In this document: piece after piece, positions 24,600 to 38,745 of the stretch
How positions within the stretch are numbered: position 1 is the stretch's first letter
How the letters are laid out: the number at the start of each line of letters is the position of its first letter
From: Tubiluchus corallicola
Taxonomy: Eukaryota; Animalia; Priapulida
Assembly: GCA_030141605.1 (NCBI GenBank)
Contig: JAQGDQ010000025.1
Location: 416,907-480,906 of the forward strand
DNA length: 64,000 bases
Direction of reading: 5' to 3'
The notes under the pieces: generated by a model
Seen by the model: only the letters and a program-made list of their open reading frames with translations
Database searches by the model: none
What the model was told of the DNA's origin: nothing
Made by a program: the position numbers and the translations under genes

Positions 24600-25870
24600 T
24601 GCTTATTAGCTAGGCGGCTGCATATATGGAAAAAAGTCAACTTATCCTGGGAAAACTGCTGCAAGTGTGCTTAACAACGTATCAAAAGTTCACCAAAATC
24701 TGACCACTAGAAGGCCAAACTTTCAAGATGGGGTCAAGGGGGGATGTTAAATCATGAAAATGCTCATTACATCTTCATTATTCACGCCAGGCAAGTAATT
24801 TTGGTACCAAAGACCATATTTTGGAGATAGATAAACTATCAATTTGTACACTTAAATTATGCTGAAGTGATTACAAAATTGTGAAATCCAAGATGGCTGA
24901 CCAATAACGCTGACCAGAATACTTGTGACTAACCTTAACTTTCAGGAAGCAGGAATCCAATTTCCACATTTAAATTATACTGAAGTGATTACATAATTCT
25001 AGAATGCAAGATGGCCAAGCAATATGGCCGAAAATATATGAGAATGAGCTAAAACTCTATTATTAATGCATATTTAAATCACACTCTTGAGCAAAATTAT
25101 CTTTGTTACTTGTACAAGTTACAATTTGTTTTGTGAGACTCTGCCATTTCAACGTACGTGCCTGAAAACTTGCTTTTGCTTTGGTTATCCATTTGTATTT
25201 AGGCAGCAAGCTATATATACATAGTAAACTAAAATGACTCTGTGACTACTTGATTGTCTGTGGGGAGTTTCACTTTGTGTTCAGCTAGAAAACTTGAAAG
25301 ACAGTGTCAAAATGAAATTACCAATGTAGGACAACATTTATGTCTTCCATAGCACGCATTTGGGTATTTTATAAAGCATGTTTTACCCTTAATGAGGGGT
25401 TTAACAAACTACAAACGATTTATCCTTTGTTTTCCTTCATTTTCAATACTAGTAGAAAGTTGAACCAGCTGTTTACACGAAAGGCACCTGTGGATATGGA
25501 TACGTCCATGGACATCCACATATTATCTGTTGGTTATGGTTGGTAATCTGCTGGTTATGCATATACCAGTCTGCCATATTGAATTTCACATTCTGCAATC
25601 ACTAATTTAAATATGCAAACTGGGTTTGTTTATCCTGGGATTTAATGGTAAAATTCCTTTAGTAGGACAAATAATGAAGGAGTAATAAGCATTTTCAGGA
25701 TGTCATGGGCATCTTTGATGTCATCCTGAAAATTATGCATTTGCAAGCCAAACTGTGGAAACTCTTGACATGTTAGTAAGCACATGCAATACTACAAAAT
25801 CCATTGAAAAACCTTTTGTAACAATTTGTTGGGCTCAAACCATATTTTCAGCTGCCTAAGTGACAATCAC
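24600..25870. repeat. Long imperfect inverted repeat (arms about 24600-24900 and 25565-25870), probably transposon-derived
   Basis: Collinear reverse-complement blocks: CTAGGCGGCTG/CAGCTGCCTAAG; GAAAATGCTCATTACATCTTCATTAT/ATAATGAAGGAGTAATAAGCATTTTC; GTGAAATCCAAGATGGC/GCCATATTGAATTTCAC. Confidence 0.75.
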
Positions 25871-26712
25871 TGCTTTACCACCATCAAAGCAAAACAAGCT
25901 GCTACAAACTTATACGTATGGATTAATATTTCAAAGCAATATTTAATTACTGTTCAAGTGCATCTCACATACAACAGTTAATTGTGCCGGAATGATAAAA
26001 GTGTTGCTAGGCAACAGGGTGCTGCAGCAGCAGCTTTGCATTGTTAGTTACAATTAACGCAAGTCTAAACATACGGCAAGCAGGATTATTATAAATGATT
26101 GTTGTAACGGGTAAGGCAGACAGATATTATTTAGAAGATACTTTTAGTAGACTACATGTTGAGCTTAAAAACAGTTTACTCAGAGAACTTAATTGAAATA
26201 CAAAAATTTATTAAGGAACATTCACAATTATAGAACATTTTCCCATAAGCTTAAAACCAGTGACAAGTAGAAAATGAAAGATGTAGACAAAAATGAGAAT
26301 TATTAAGACACTTTGCCTGCTAGAAACTATTCTCTTCTGCATAATAGATACACTTATAAGAATGCAGCAGCTACTTTTTAACTGACGTGTTTTGTGCAAT
26401 GCCTTATGGCCAATAGAAATGTGTCATCATATTAAATAAGATGCATTGTGATTTCATCGCAGGCCATGTGGAACGTATTTATTCTGTCATGACTTTTGTA
26501 AAATGTCACAAAGATCCACTCCGAAATGACACATTTTTCTAAACTTCCTCATTCTAAATGTCTAAGTTTTAATCCAACAATTTTTTTATGAAAAATTACA
26601 TATGGTTCTAAGCCATATGTATCCAAAGAGCAACAATAAGAAGAGAGGCATGCAGCAGAGGTCCAGTAATGAAACCCCTGAGCCAAAAACAAAGCGGACG
26701 AAAAGAAATACA

Positions 26713-26740
26713 CACATACATACATACATACATACATACA

Positions 26741-26770
<30 letters not shown>
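26713..26770. repeat. (CATA)n microsatellite
   Basis: Direct reading. Confidence 0.97.
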
Positions 26771-26777
<7 letters not shown>

Positions 26778-26895
26778 GCTATCACTAACTTAATGACATC
26801 GTTATTAATAGTTAAGTGAATGTAATAACAACATCGTTAACTTAGTGATGGCTTTGTGAAACTGCGATCCAGGAGCTAATTTTAAATTATAGTAC

Positions 26896-27043
26896 CTCTG
26901 ACCGCAGCTTCTTTATCTCCTCTAGAAGTTCTTCACACTGTTGTCGATACTGCCATTTTGCTGTGCGCTCACTCTCAACTATTTGCATCAGGTGAAGATA
27001 CTTCTGTTCAATTTCTTCCTTCAGAAGAACCGTCTTGTTGAAG
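26896..27043 (-). CDS. RasGRF: RasGRF coding exon 3 (coiled coil)
   Basis: FNKTVLLKEEIEQKYLHLMQIVESERTAKWQYRQQCEELLEEIKKLRSE; tttcag| ... GAG|gtacta; 148 nt. Confidence 0.93.
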
Positions 27044-28208
27044 CTGAAACAAAGATGGATGCAAATATTAAACGTCAGAAAAACTTTTTTTATCAGGTTC
27101 TTGCAGCTCACAAGTGAAGATGATTCAACATCCAGTATTTGAACAAAATAAACACGTTACAATACATAAAACACGTAAATGTTGAAGACATGTTATGTAG
27201 GAAAGCTTTAAATAAAGTTTACCGTATTGCATGAACAGAAAGACATAAAAAACATAATCACATTACAGAGACATGAATTAAATAAAAATCAAATCATATG
27301 CCGAAAAAGTAGAATTGCATTAAAACTCTTTAACACACACGAATGCCGAATTTTTTATAATTTTTTGCTAAAACACATGTATGTAAAAACAGTTTAAAAT
27401 TCCGGTAAAAATACGATAACTAAGTTATCGCAGCAGTATAATATGTATAAGGTGAGTTCAGCCACGACGGTTCCGATCTAGCAATGCATATATATATATA
27501 TATATGAGCTCTATTTTTCCGTGTAGGTTTTACAGATTGTTTCAATCTTTCAATCTGTTTCTACTAGTTTCGCTAATTAAACCACATGATCCTATTTCTA
27601 TAAGAGGGTTTTAGTCCAGCATACTGACTTTATTTACTAGAATTAGAATTTTGTATGTTAGGTTCAGATGATATTATTAATTCTATCAAAATCATTGATT
27701 TTTCAATTCTGTTGACTATTACGAAATCCAGTTGTTGAGCTGTTACTGTAACATGAAATGGAATGGTTCTCAAAACAACTAGAGTTCTCAAATTTGTGAT
27801 CTTGAACTTAAAATGCAATCAGCATAGTACTTAAACCAAGATTTCTATAAAGACACTGCAGTCTTGCAAGAAAACGTACTATTTCAAACCGGAATTTTAA
27901 ATTTTTAAACTTAAAATTTGTCGAGTTCTTCAGTACTACCGTATTTTAATTTTGGTTTTGGAGACTGATGTAGCATGCTCACTGAATGTTTTTGCTGTTA
28001 GAAAATTATGTTCCATTGTGACGTCATGCACTAGCTGTGCTTGCTTGCTGCTAATTATACTTTATCAGAAATATTTTGATAACTATATATTATTATTACT
28101 GATAAAATGTCTGTTATTTATCATACTTCAAAGTGGGATAAGATCTGAAAAAGCTACCCTGTTTTCCTCTAAGTGTGAATTGAAATTGTTTTTTTGTGTC
28201 ATTTTGAT

Positions 28209-28389
28209 TTTGGTCTCGCGGGAGAGACACTGGCATGGTCAATGTGAGTGCATTCAGTACTCATCTAGTTATCAAGCAAAAGCTTACACCAAGGATGGTT
28301 TGGTCTCGCGGGAGAGACACTGGCAAGGTCAATGTGAGTGCATTTAGTACTCATCTAGTTATCAAGCAAAAGCTTACACAAAGGATGGT
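28209..28389. repeat. 90-bp tandem duplication (2 copies)
   Basis: TGGTCTCGCGGGAGAGACACTGGCA... at 28211 and 28301, about 3 substitutions. Confidence 0.95.
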
Positions 28390-29021
28390 ACAGAACGTGT
28401 AAATTTACTTTTTATGCTTCCAAAGTGAAAGATTTTGATTCAGGCTTAAATTCAGCAAGAAATATTTTTGTAGTATAAATGAGGTATTACGTATCAAGAA
28501 ATGTGGCTCTATTTTTTCATTCTTTAGAAATATTTAGAGCTATTTATTAGTGTCAAAAATACATACAATACAAGAAAAAACAAGACAAACATACAATTTC
28601 AACTTTGAAATATGACACTATAGACAAAAAACAATTTCTAATAAAACAAATGTTATTAAATCTTCCTGTTAGTTATATTAGTTATTTAAATGAAAAGTTT
28701 AATGATTAGTATTTAGAATAAATTGTCATTCATTGTTGCTCTTAAGGAAAAATTCTGTTATAATTACATTGAAGCGATTATATAATTTTTCTCTAAGATA
28801 ATTGAAATACGGGCATTTATATTCTAGTTGCTAAAAAAATTCAGCAAAAATTTAGCAAGAATATTTTTGCTAAAAGTTGCCGAAAATCTTCATCACACGT
28901 CTATAGCTGCAGTGCCATTATAGAGGTGGCATTAGTCTTTTGTTGTGCGAAAATCCTTTACTTGAGAGACTTTGCCATTACAGCGTAAATAGGGGATTTA
29001 GTGTTCTTGTTACAGAGATAC

Positions 29022-29128
29022 CTGGCTGATCCAACTGCATCAATCCATAGATTACACTCGGCTTCTGTCTCGGCGCGGAATTCATACTGACGCTGCCCTT
29101 CCTTTCTGTATGTGATAGCGAACGATTG
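29022..29128 (-). CDS. RasGRF: RasGRF coding exon 2 (PH1 C-terminal half)
   Basis: QSFAITYRKEGQRQYEFRAETEAECNLWIDAVGSA; cttacag| ... CAG|gtatct; 107 nt, ends phase 2. Confidence 0.93.
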
Positions 29129-29199
29129 CTGTAAGAAAAAAATTAATTTAACATTTAAGTTTAACATTTAAGACTGTATGCTGTACACTGTCTACATGC

Positions 29200-29200
<1 letters not shown>

Positions 29201-29230
<30 letters not shown>
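29201..29230. repeat. (GT)15 microsatellite
   Basis: Direct reading; about 70 bp upstream of the exon 2 acceptor. Confidence 0.97.
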
Positions 29231-29231
<1 letters not shown>

Positions 29232-32200
29232 CGTTGGAATGATACAAAATAATTATAGCTACATTTAATAATTCAATAAATATAAAAAATAGCTCTGTAG
29301 TCAAACATAGTAACCAAGGGGAGAGTTTCATGGGTACTTGGGTATACTGGCGGGTACCTAGGAGGTGTGCTTTTTCCAAACTGCACTCCGTGTTCAGCTG
29401 TTGCTTTGACAGCACACGTATATTGCTGAAGCTGATGTGTGTGACAGAAGTGGTGCAGGTCTAGCACAAAACACTAAATTGTGTTCCCTGATGTAAGTGG
29501 GCAATGCAGATGGGTATGAATGTAGAATTGGTGGTCACATTTAAAAGATCTTTCTAAAACTCACAAGCAAGTAGCATTTTTTTCACATGTGAATGCACCT
29601 GGAGATGAGCCCCAAGTATAACACCATTGATACCAGTTTGGTAACTTTTCAACGCAGGACAGTGGGCTACAGTTAATACACAATGATGGGTTGTACAATT
29701 ATGCCCAAGTTTTTTCAAGGCCACACTTTTTCTGTATTGTTAGGCAAGTTGGGTATGAACACCAACGAAGTGACATCAATCAGTTTCAGATAACTGTCCT
29801 CTGTCTGCTTATTTTAACTACTCCATAAAATACACGGAATGATGTTCATCTCTCGAATCGATTCTTTGCATTTATGTACCTTATCTGCTTGTTGAAAACC
29901 ACAAAGTAACAGTAACCTAACTTGGTTTAAATATTACTGTGCTCAACTGTTTACTGTTTGGTAATTGCCTTAAAACAACAGCTTGATCAATGTGACTGTT
30001 TAAGTACTTATTAGATTTGCATAATGTTCTGTCAAACTTTCCAATGTCCTTTAGTTTTACTTGTATTTTGCAACACATTTTAGCACAGGAAAAATAAGGC
30101 AATGCAGAATGAAATCATTAGAAAGGCAAACATCAGTGTCAAAAGCAAAATAAGGCATAATGCTTAAATATTTGATGTTCACAAGTACCTTGGAATATAA
30201 GTGGGATTTATGCAACATTTGGATTTAATGCATCTGATATAATGGTGTGATTGCTGTCCCTATACGTTGTATTTACTCTACACAAATAAACTATTTTCTT
30301 AATTAAGAATGTACTCAAGGGATGTGGATGTAAATTTAGTTAAAATATCATATTGCTAATGAAACGGCACTCGCATTAAAAAGCAGCATGGAATTATAAA
30401 TTTTCACCAAGAATAATTTCTGCCTAGCCCATGCACCTACGCCTACTCAAATGACACCTAATGACTGTAAAATAATATTTCAAAAATTTGAGTCGACCAC
30501 TCACTGTCTGCAAAAACAGCTCCTAGCTTGCTTGATTCATGAGCCAATCAACATAAAAGTAATCTCTAAGGACAAGTACATTGTATTTGATGCAGCTCAG
30601 GTCTATTACATTCTGTATTCAGGCATGAACGACTAAATTAATGGCTGTGCGAGAAAGAAAAACGTATAGCAAGCGCAAGCTACAATGAACACCACTATTA
30701 GCTTTTACCTATTAACTTTATATACTATAAAAATTACAGAAAAATATTTAGTAAATGTAGGCGACAATCTTGAATATTTCAACCGATGGAAACAATGTCG
30801 TATGTACAAACGCTCATAGTATTGCTTGATGAATAAAATGTCGTTTTGATTTAATCTCTCACCTGCCACGAGAACAAAGGTATCAGCACTTATACGTGTG
30901 CGATTTATACGTACAGGTCACGCTACATTTCACTTTTTGGCTACTCGCTTGCAAAGTAACCTATAAAGAGGTTTGTTTCGTTCTTCTGGTTGTCGTTACT
31001 TGTATATACAATGTTTGGAGAATATCTACGTGACGTCACAATTGAGCGCTGCAGAAAAATTGCAAAAACAGGTCTGTGCTTTACTGAGGGCTGTAGTTCG
31101 TTCTGTAGAGCAGATAGTAAACTGAAATTTGGCACAAAGAACGAGTAGCGAAATGTTTTGCATTCGGGACTGCTTAATCTTCCAGAAGAGTAACTCGGCA
31201 AACAGAAAAGAAAATTTATGATTTAATGAAGTGAAGATCAACTTGATCAAGTTGATTAAAACCAAACTGTCCGCCCATCCGCCAAACAGCAGTAGCAGCA
31301 AAACACAAAATAATTCTCGTGATTCAAGTACTTTTCCACTAGTCAGTATTGGAATAGTGTGAATACTATGTTTCAGATTCACCATCAATCTGAAATTGGA
31401 AAAAGGAATCAACGACGCAGAATGTGAATGTGCTGACTTTTATGAATTGCCTTGAAAAGTCAACGGCTGCTCAAGGTAAGTGGTAACACTTAGAAAATAA
31501 ATTATTTACATGTAATTTGTGTTACTACTACATGTCCAGAAAACCGGAATCCTTGCAAGTACTTTGCTAGTGGCAGGAAGTATTTATTGATGTCTTTCTT
31601 GAAACGAGTGAGGTTACAGCTAACAGATAAAGAATTCCACGTATAAGAAGCCCGAGAAAAAAACTAGAATAGCAGGCAGCTGTTGTATAATAATGACAGT
31701 CAAATCAAGAGAGCCTGCAGTAAAATGAAACACCAAAATTGAAACGAGTTTAACGTGTGCCTTTGGGCATTTTCATATTATTAAAGGTTTCATTTTGTTG
31801 AAAATAGTTTGTAATCTGATAAGAACTCGGTCTGGCAAGAGAGACCTAAACGCGCTGTTGTGAAGAACGTGAACCAGAAGTAACAGAGCTAGCAATATTA
31901 CAGCTCTTGCTGCTAACATGTAAGACAGAAAAATTCACAAAAGGGGAGAAAATAAAAGAAAGTTAATGGAAACCCGGATGCCATCTTAAACTACCGCTCA
32001 AAAGTATAATACAATATTGAAAAGGAACGTACTGTTTTTTCAAGAGTGACTTACGCGAAAGGATTATTACCACAGAATGGTAATTTCGCCTTCGTGCGGC
32101 TAGTTCTTCGGTGTTGCATGCGTTTCGCCATTCGCTAGTTAGATGGCCAATAGTTTCTGCATCTCGGAAACGCGTTGAACAAAAAACAGATGCTGTACTT

Positions 32201-35200
32201 CTCAGTTTAGAGGTGTTCAGTTGTGACGTAATGCACATGTTCGAGAGCTCATGCATGAGCACAGTGGTAAACTTGAAATTTGAATTTTGAACTAAAATTT
32301 GTGGCGTTTTTGTATATCTCGCAATGAATGTTGTGCAGTAGCTCTGTACTTCAATTTTCGTTTTCGATACAAACATGTGCAACACATTCACGGAATGTTT
32401 CTGCTGTTGAAAATTATAATCAGTTGTGATGTCACCACTAATTGAGCTAACCTGCCGCAAAATAAATTTTTAACCTATTATTTAATTATCAGAAACGCTT
32501 TGACATTATTATAAGTCTCAAAATGTATACTTCCACAGTACTTCAAAATGGGGTAGGATATGAAAAATGAGCCTGTTTCCTTTAAAGAAGTACATGCAGC
32601 GTAAAATTACTTTTTTCGTATTACACGGCAAACAGTTATTCTCATTTTTTGTCATACCGTTAATGATATTTTTAATAGGAATTGTATTTTTAACCATTTT
32701 TTTCTAACGATAGTAATATTGTCAGTTGCTTCCTATAATGTTCACGCCTAACATATTCACAGTAGTCTAATATTCGCAGCACATTTATCAAGCCTCCAGG
32801 CGCTGGATGATATTAATGAAACCACCTGACCAATAATGTGACAGGTCATGATCACGGCGCAAGCAAAAATTATTATAGCTGCTCAATACAATGTTTTCTA
32901 AGGATGATACATGAATTATTGATGATACACACAAGAGAATAAGGCATGTTGAAGTAGATGACAGTCGCCAGGTCAATATTATTGGAAATTGCGGCTTTTA
33001 CGTGCACAGAACAAGATTGCCCCTTTTGCATATTCCATACGGCAATTCTCTACTGCAGCAGAAACAATGCTGTAGCCTTTTCATACGCTGCTTCTGAAAA
33101 TTTTCCATCATAGCATTATTTTTTATCTTCTTGGAAGATTAGCATCTTTCAAATCAGCGTTTCCACATTGTGAATGAATTCACATACTTTATGCAAATGA
33201 ACAAAACATTTCTTTTGGCACGGCAACGGCAATTGTATGATAGCTTCTATAGACAGGTTATGCTTTATTATAACTATGCAAAAAGTTACTGATGTATTTT
33301 TGCAAGATATCCAGTCACTGTGAAATGCACCGCTTTGTTATAATGTTGCCTTGTCCAAGTTTTCCGAAAACGCAATCTATCGCTACGCAGGAAAAACCGG
33401 CGTATTTTAGGAAAATGAAATCGTTAGTTGTAAAATCCCAGCAACTGCATAAGTAAATCCATAACTGTCAAAATGCCTTACATCATAATTTCATAAGAAA
33501 CTATGTAGAGAAGGCCTGAGAAGACCCCAGTTCAAACAGCAAACAAATTATACTGCCACAATTTAACGACCATTACATAATTAACAATATGACTGCTGTG
33601 AAGCAGACATTTGTTACCCTAAATTACATTCATTACAAAGAAACTGCCATTTCCAGGATTTGCACTGCACATTGCGAAAGGTATAAAACTGCATTTACAG
33701 AACACTTGTTACAGAAATTAAAACAAAAACTGTACAATTGTTAATTAGTCTGTTTAACACAACTCGAAAAAAATTCAGCTTCGGTAACATTTCTGTAGGA
33801 ATTAATGGTAAATCAGCATGTGAGAAATTCGTAGGCCTATAAATATAATTAATCGGAATATAAAACGTCACTATCACAAAAAACTGTACGTTGAAATTAT
33901 TTTCAGGATTCACAAATGTGAATTCGACAAAATGAGCTTACAGCAGATAGAGTTACGTGGCGAGTTTGAAAATAAAAAATTTGGCATTTGATAAAACAAC
34001 GAAACGTTCTGATTATTGTTAAATTTTTACGAGTACCAATCATAATTATGATGTTACGGTTTCAAGATTTTATGACGATGGTTTATGAAACCCAAAGGGC
34101 CTATCAAATCTGCAGTGCACAGGAACATTAGTGTGAACAGCTCTGAATGATGACATCCAGAAACTTCAAAAGATAATAAATTTGCTCTTTTTTCGGAAAA
34201 ATGTGAAATCACCAAAGCTCGGGCTTCATATGTTATATGTAAAAAACAACCCAAAATTTTGCCCATAAAAATCAAATGCTTGATAGAGAACACCTGGAAA
34301 CAGAACATATAGGAAGATCGTATGTAAGATGTTTGTATGTAGTTCGTCAAATGTTAATCCGGTATTCAGCATTCAGTGCCACAACCAAAATTCGGCTAAT
34401 TATAATAATTTATTCATTTCACCAACACATAACATAATATATGTCAAGGAAAATCCTCTAAGCTGAGTTATATATGTTTTCTTCAACAGTAGTTACAGTA
34501 CCTCATGATAGTTCGGGGAGTGGTAGCTCAGTAGGCAGTTCTCTTGGCGGCCACTCATCTATTTATTAACGAAACCTAGTACTGCTTAACTTTAATCATT
34601 TAGCAAACATAACATTTTCCACAACTGCTCTCCTGCTTGTTGCTTGTTACTGCCTAGAAGAATTGCCGTCAGATTAATAAGAAACGTGAGATTTTACCGT
34701 CCATAATTTTAAACCAGACTTATTTCATTTATAGGCACCAGTGATGGTAACCATTACATGTTTGCCGGTAATCGAAATGTTTAGTAATGACCTGGTCAAT
34801 TTTAAATTTCTTACTGCTAACGTAATGGCACAATAGACAGTGAGACGCATGTGACTGGCAAACTGAAAGCCACGGGTTCGATTCGTGCGCTAGCTTCAGA
34901 TAATTTTTTCAACGAGCAAGGACAAAAAAATCAACTAGTACCTTTCCAATTTTCAGCTCACAGATAATTAAATTTTCTTTTTAAAAAAAGTATTTTATAA
35001 CCACTTTTGACATCTCCGACAAAGCAGAATTTTGAATGAATGAGAAAATGCTAATTACTCCACACGTATGAATCTGGACACACTGCTATTGCTATTGCAA
35101 TGTGTTGTTCTTGGAGTACAAAACATGAACACCTGAAATTTAGATAATACCTAATAGATTACGGCAGTAACAAAAGAATAGCAAGACGTACAGTGAAAAA

Positions 35201-37920
35201 GTCAAATAGTCATCTAGTCTGCTACCATAATCCAAGATAAAATGTCGGTTCTTGCAAGAACAAAGTGTTTTTATGCGGATGGTACAGAAGAGTATAATAA
35301 ACTTAGAAAACTACAAAGGAAGGAAATATGAATTTTTTTGTGTGACGTATTTAATGTGACAGTGTATTTTTTTTGTAAAGTTTCAGCGATTAAAGTTGGG
35401 AAATTGGGATTGCTGTAATTAACTCAAAAAATATGTTTACAGACTCAACAGTGTAAAAACACAACTTGACAAAAATCATAGAAAAAAATATACCACAGTA
35501 ATTTAGAGTTGAACTTTATGGAATATTACACATTGCAACACTGAAGTAAATTTAATCGGCATAATGGTGAATGATAGAGTTAAAGAAAATAGCGTTTAGT
35601 TATGTATGTGGCAAAATTAGTGCTCTAGGTCACTTGAGTAGTGAACATTTGGGCAGTGAATATTTTGACAGTAAGACATCTGATCAATTAACACTTGGGC
35701 AGTGTTGTGAACTTGACCAAGTTCACAAGTCACACATGGTTAGCCATGTGGTCATTTCGGTATTGAACATGTTAAATATGTGGGCAAAATGGAAAAAGTT
35801 TTGTGTTGAGTGTGTGTTAAAAAAAGGCTGTCTTAGTGTGTTATATAGTGTGTTATATAGTAGCTTAATTAACGATAACATTGATTATAAACATGTTTAA
35901 CTGAAATCCCGTGAAAAAAAGAAATTCACGACATGGAGACACGAACCGGATAGATTGTTTACACGGATGAAAAGAAAACCGTAAGTTGGATCTGCCATTT
36001 ACCTTTTCGGCTCGACCTAGATTTATCTGATAAATTTACTTCTACAAGTCTAGTGGCTTCGCACCTGTATAAACTGTATCGCTTACCGTCTATTTAACTG
36101 CATGAGCAGAAAATGCTATGGTTTTAAACGGCAAGTTCAAAAATTCAGATTTGTACATGACTGCAGAAATAGCGAAAATAGTAGCTGTCTAAATTACTGG
36201 AAGTGGAGACATTACAAATTGTTATAAAAATGTAACTGGAAATGAACTGAATTAAAACTCTTGGAAAACAGTGTAGGTAGTTAATTAGGTAGGTAGATAC
36301 TACGGTTTACATAGGTAGGTAGGTAGGTTAACTGGAAGGTAAGTAGGTCGGCAAGCAAGTAGAACTGACAGTGTCTTCAGCAAAAACATTTTGGCACTTG
36401 TGTTAATAAAAGTATCCATATAGTTCAGGAACCACTGCCCAAGGCCCACCATCCAAGTGTCCACTAACCAATGTCCACTGTTCAAATATCCAAGTGACCG
36501 TAATTGGCAATAATAGTCTACTAGAGAGAATCCAGACGAAGTCCACATCCTTTTCAAATGCTGGGCTAGGCAGAGTTCTGATATGTCAGTGTAAAACCGG
36601 CACGACTTAGCGCAGTTGCATTGACAAAATATATCATAATTACAGGAGCTCAGAAGTTGACAATCACAGATGTTAGATGTATGCGTTACCATACAAAGCA
36701 ATTATTCATGACGATTTACACAGGGGACGCACAATTACCGGCGTGACACAGGTGATCCCAGGTTTCAATTAACAGGTAGACCTATACTAGAAACTAATCA
36801 TTAGCGATGTAAACATGAGGATCGATTTTGCTACTGTATGCTAAACAGTCCTGAGCCACGCAATATTCACATTAAAAAATGTTTCGTATAATATCCTATA
36901 TTTTCACCAATATGTGGTGTGACATGTACACTGCCCCACGGGTTCAGCGAAGCCAGTCATTTTTGAGCCTTTTCTGGTTTTGAATAAAAACTTAAATAAA
37001 AATAACTCGCTAGATGAAATTCCAAGTAATACGTTTATAATATTGAAAATTTCCCCTTGAATACCTGCTATCCCACATCCCACCCCCGGAGACGCTTCCG
37101 GGTGTGAACCTGCTGTTTAAAGTTGCAAAACTTCCTTCGGATTGGTGATAATTTTTTTACACAATGACAACAGTGTAAACACTTTTGTATAGTATATGAT
37201 GTAAGATCGCCACGACATCAGCTGTGTACAAGAAATTTCAATTGTCTTTCTGTGCCTTAAGCACACAGGTTTCATTTTTCTGAAAACGAGACGTAAAGGT
37301 AAAACTATAGTAAAATGTGTGAAGAAAAGAAATGGTGGCTAGATCCGTTATTACACAGATATATATATCTTTGTAATATTTTAGTGAAAATATTATTTCA
37401 TATTTAATCTGTATTTCTAATTCTCGTTAGTTTTTGTCTGTAGAAATCAAAGATCAACAAGAAATTCTAGAAGAAATGAATCGATATTCAATTTGAGTCT
37501 TTGAGGAAATCCTGACATAGTACCTCCAGATGTTTACTGGTCATCAAAGCTGAGACTGACGACAATATATACATGTACCTGGATAGTAAAATAAGTACTC
37601 TTTAGTCTGTGTTATATGTTACATGAAATGATCTTTTATTGGTCTTTTGCGTTTTTATTTGTTGTTTTTATTTCGTTCAGTCACTTCTTGATCCATAAGC
37701 GTTTGGCGAAAATTATAAGCGGGTGAAAGTAACGAAAAACAGACAAATATATAAAAATATACCTATGAAAATAATTAATTTTATATGGACTAGCGAACAA
37801 TTCCACATAATCAATAATGCATGCATATCCTATTTAGTATTTTGTCTATAATTCTTTGACCTTTTTGACATTGATAATATAGACTGGCAGTTTTACCGTA
37901 TTTATATAAAGCTAGCTTTT

Positions 37921-38345
<425 letters not shown>

Positions 38346-38529
38346 CATAAGCAAACGTTATAGAAGCGTTACATGGTTTTCGAAGCACGAAATGGAATCT
38401 GGAATTAACTCGTAGCTATCTGTGCCAACAGACGAACGTTACACAGTGTTCTAACAACCTTTGTGTCACAATGTTGCTAAAGCGAGCAAAACCGGCACCA
38501 GATTCGTCTTGCTTATCTTATGGCCCATG

Positions 38530-38745
38530 CCCAACTTTCATGGAAATATGTCAAGTTGTTTTCAAGCAGTCCTGTTTGAAACAAATCAACTGCGATGAAA
38601 ACATACCCTCCTTGACGCAGGTAACCATAGTCATAATCGTAATTCACAAACCGTAGTTTTTGTGTAATACTAATAACTGACAGCCAAACAAACAAACAAA
38701 CAAACAAACAAACGGCATTGAAAATATGACTTCCTTGGGAAAGTA
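38530..38745 (-). mobile_element. Two tandem fragments of an interspersed repeat with HINE/DINE-1 (Helentron-associated)-like layout; third copy at about 41075-41200
   Basis: Minus strand TTACCTGCGTCAAGGAGGGTATGTTTTC and TTACTTTCCCAAGGAAGTCATATTTTC, the latter followed by (GTTT)n; shared TTTCATGGAAAT block also near 41085. Confidence 0.45.
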
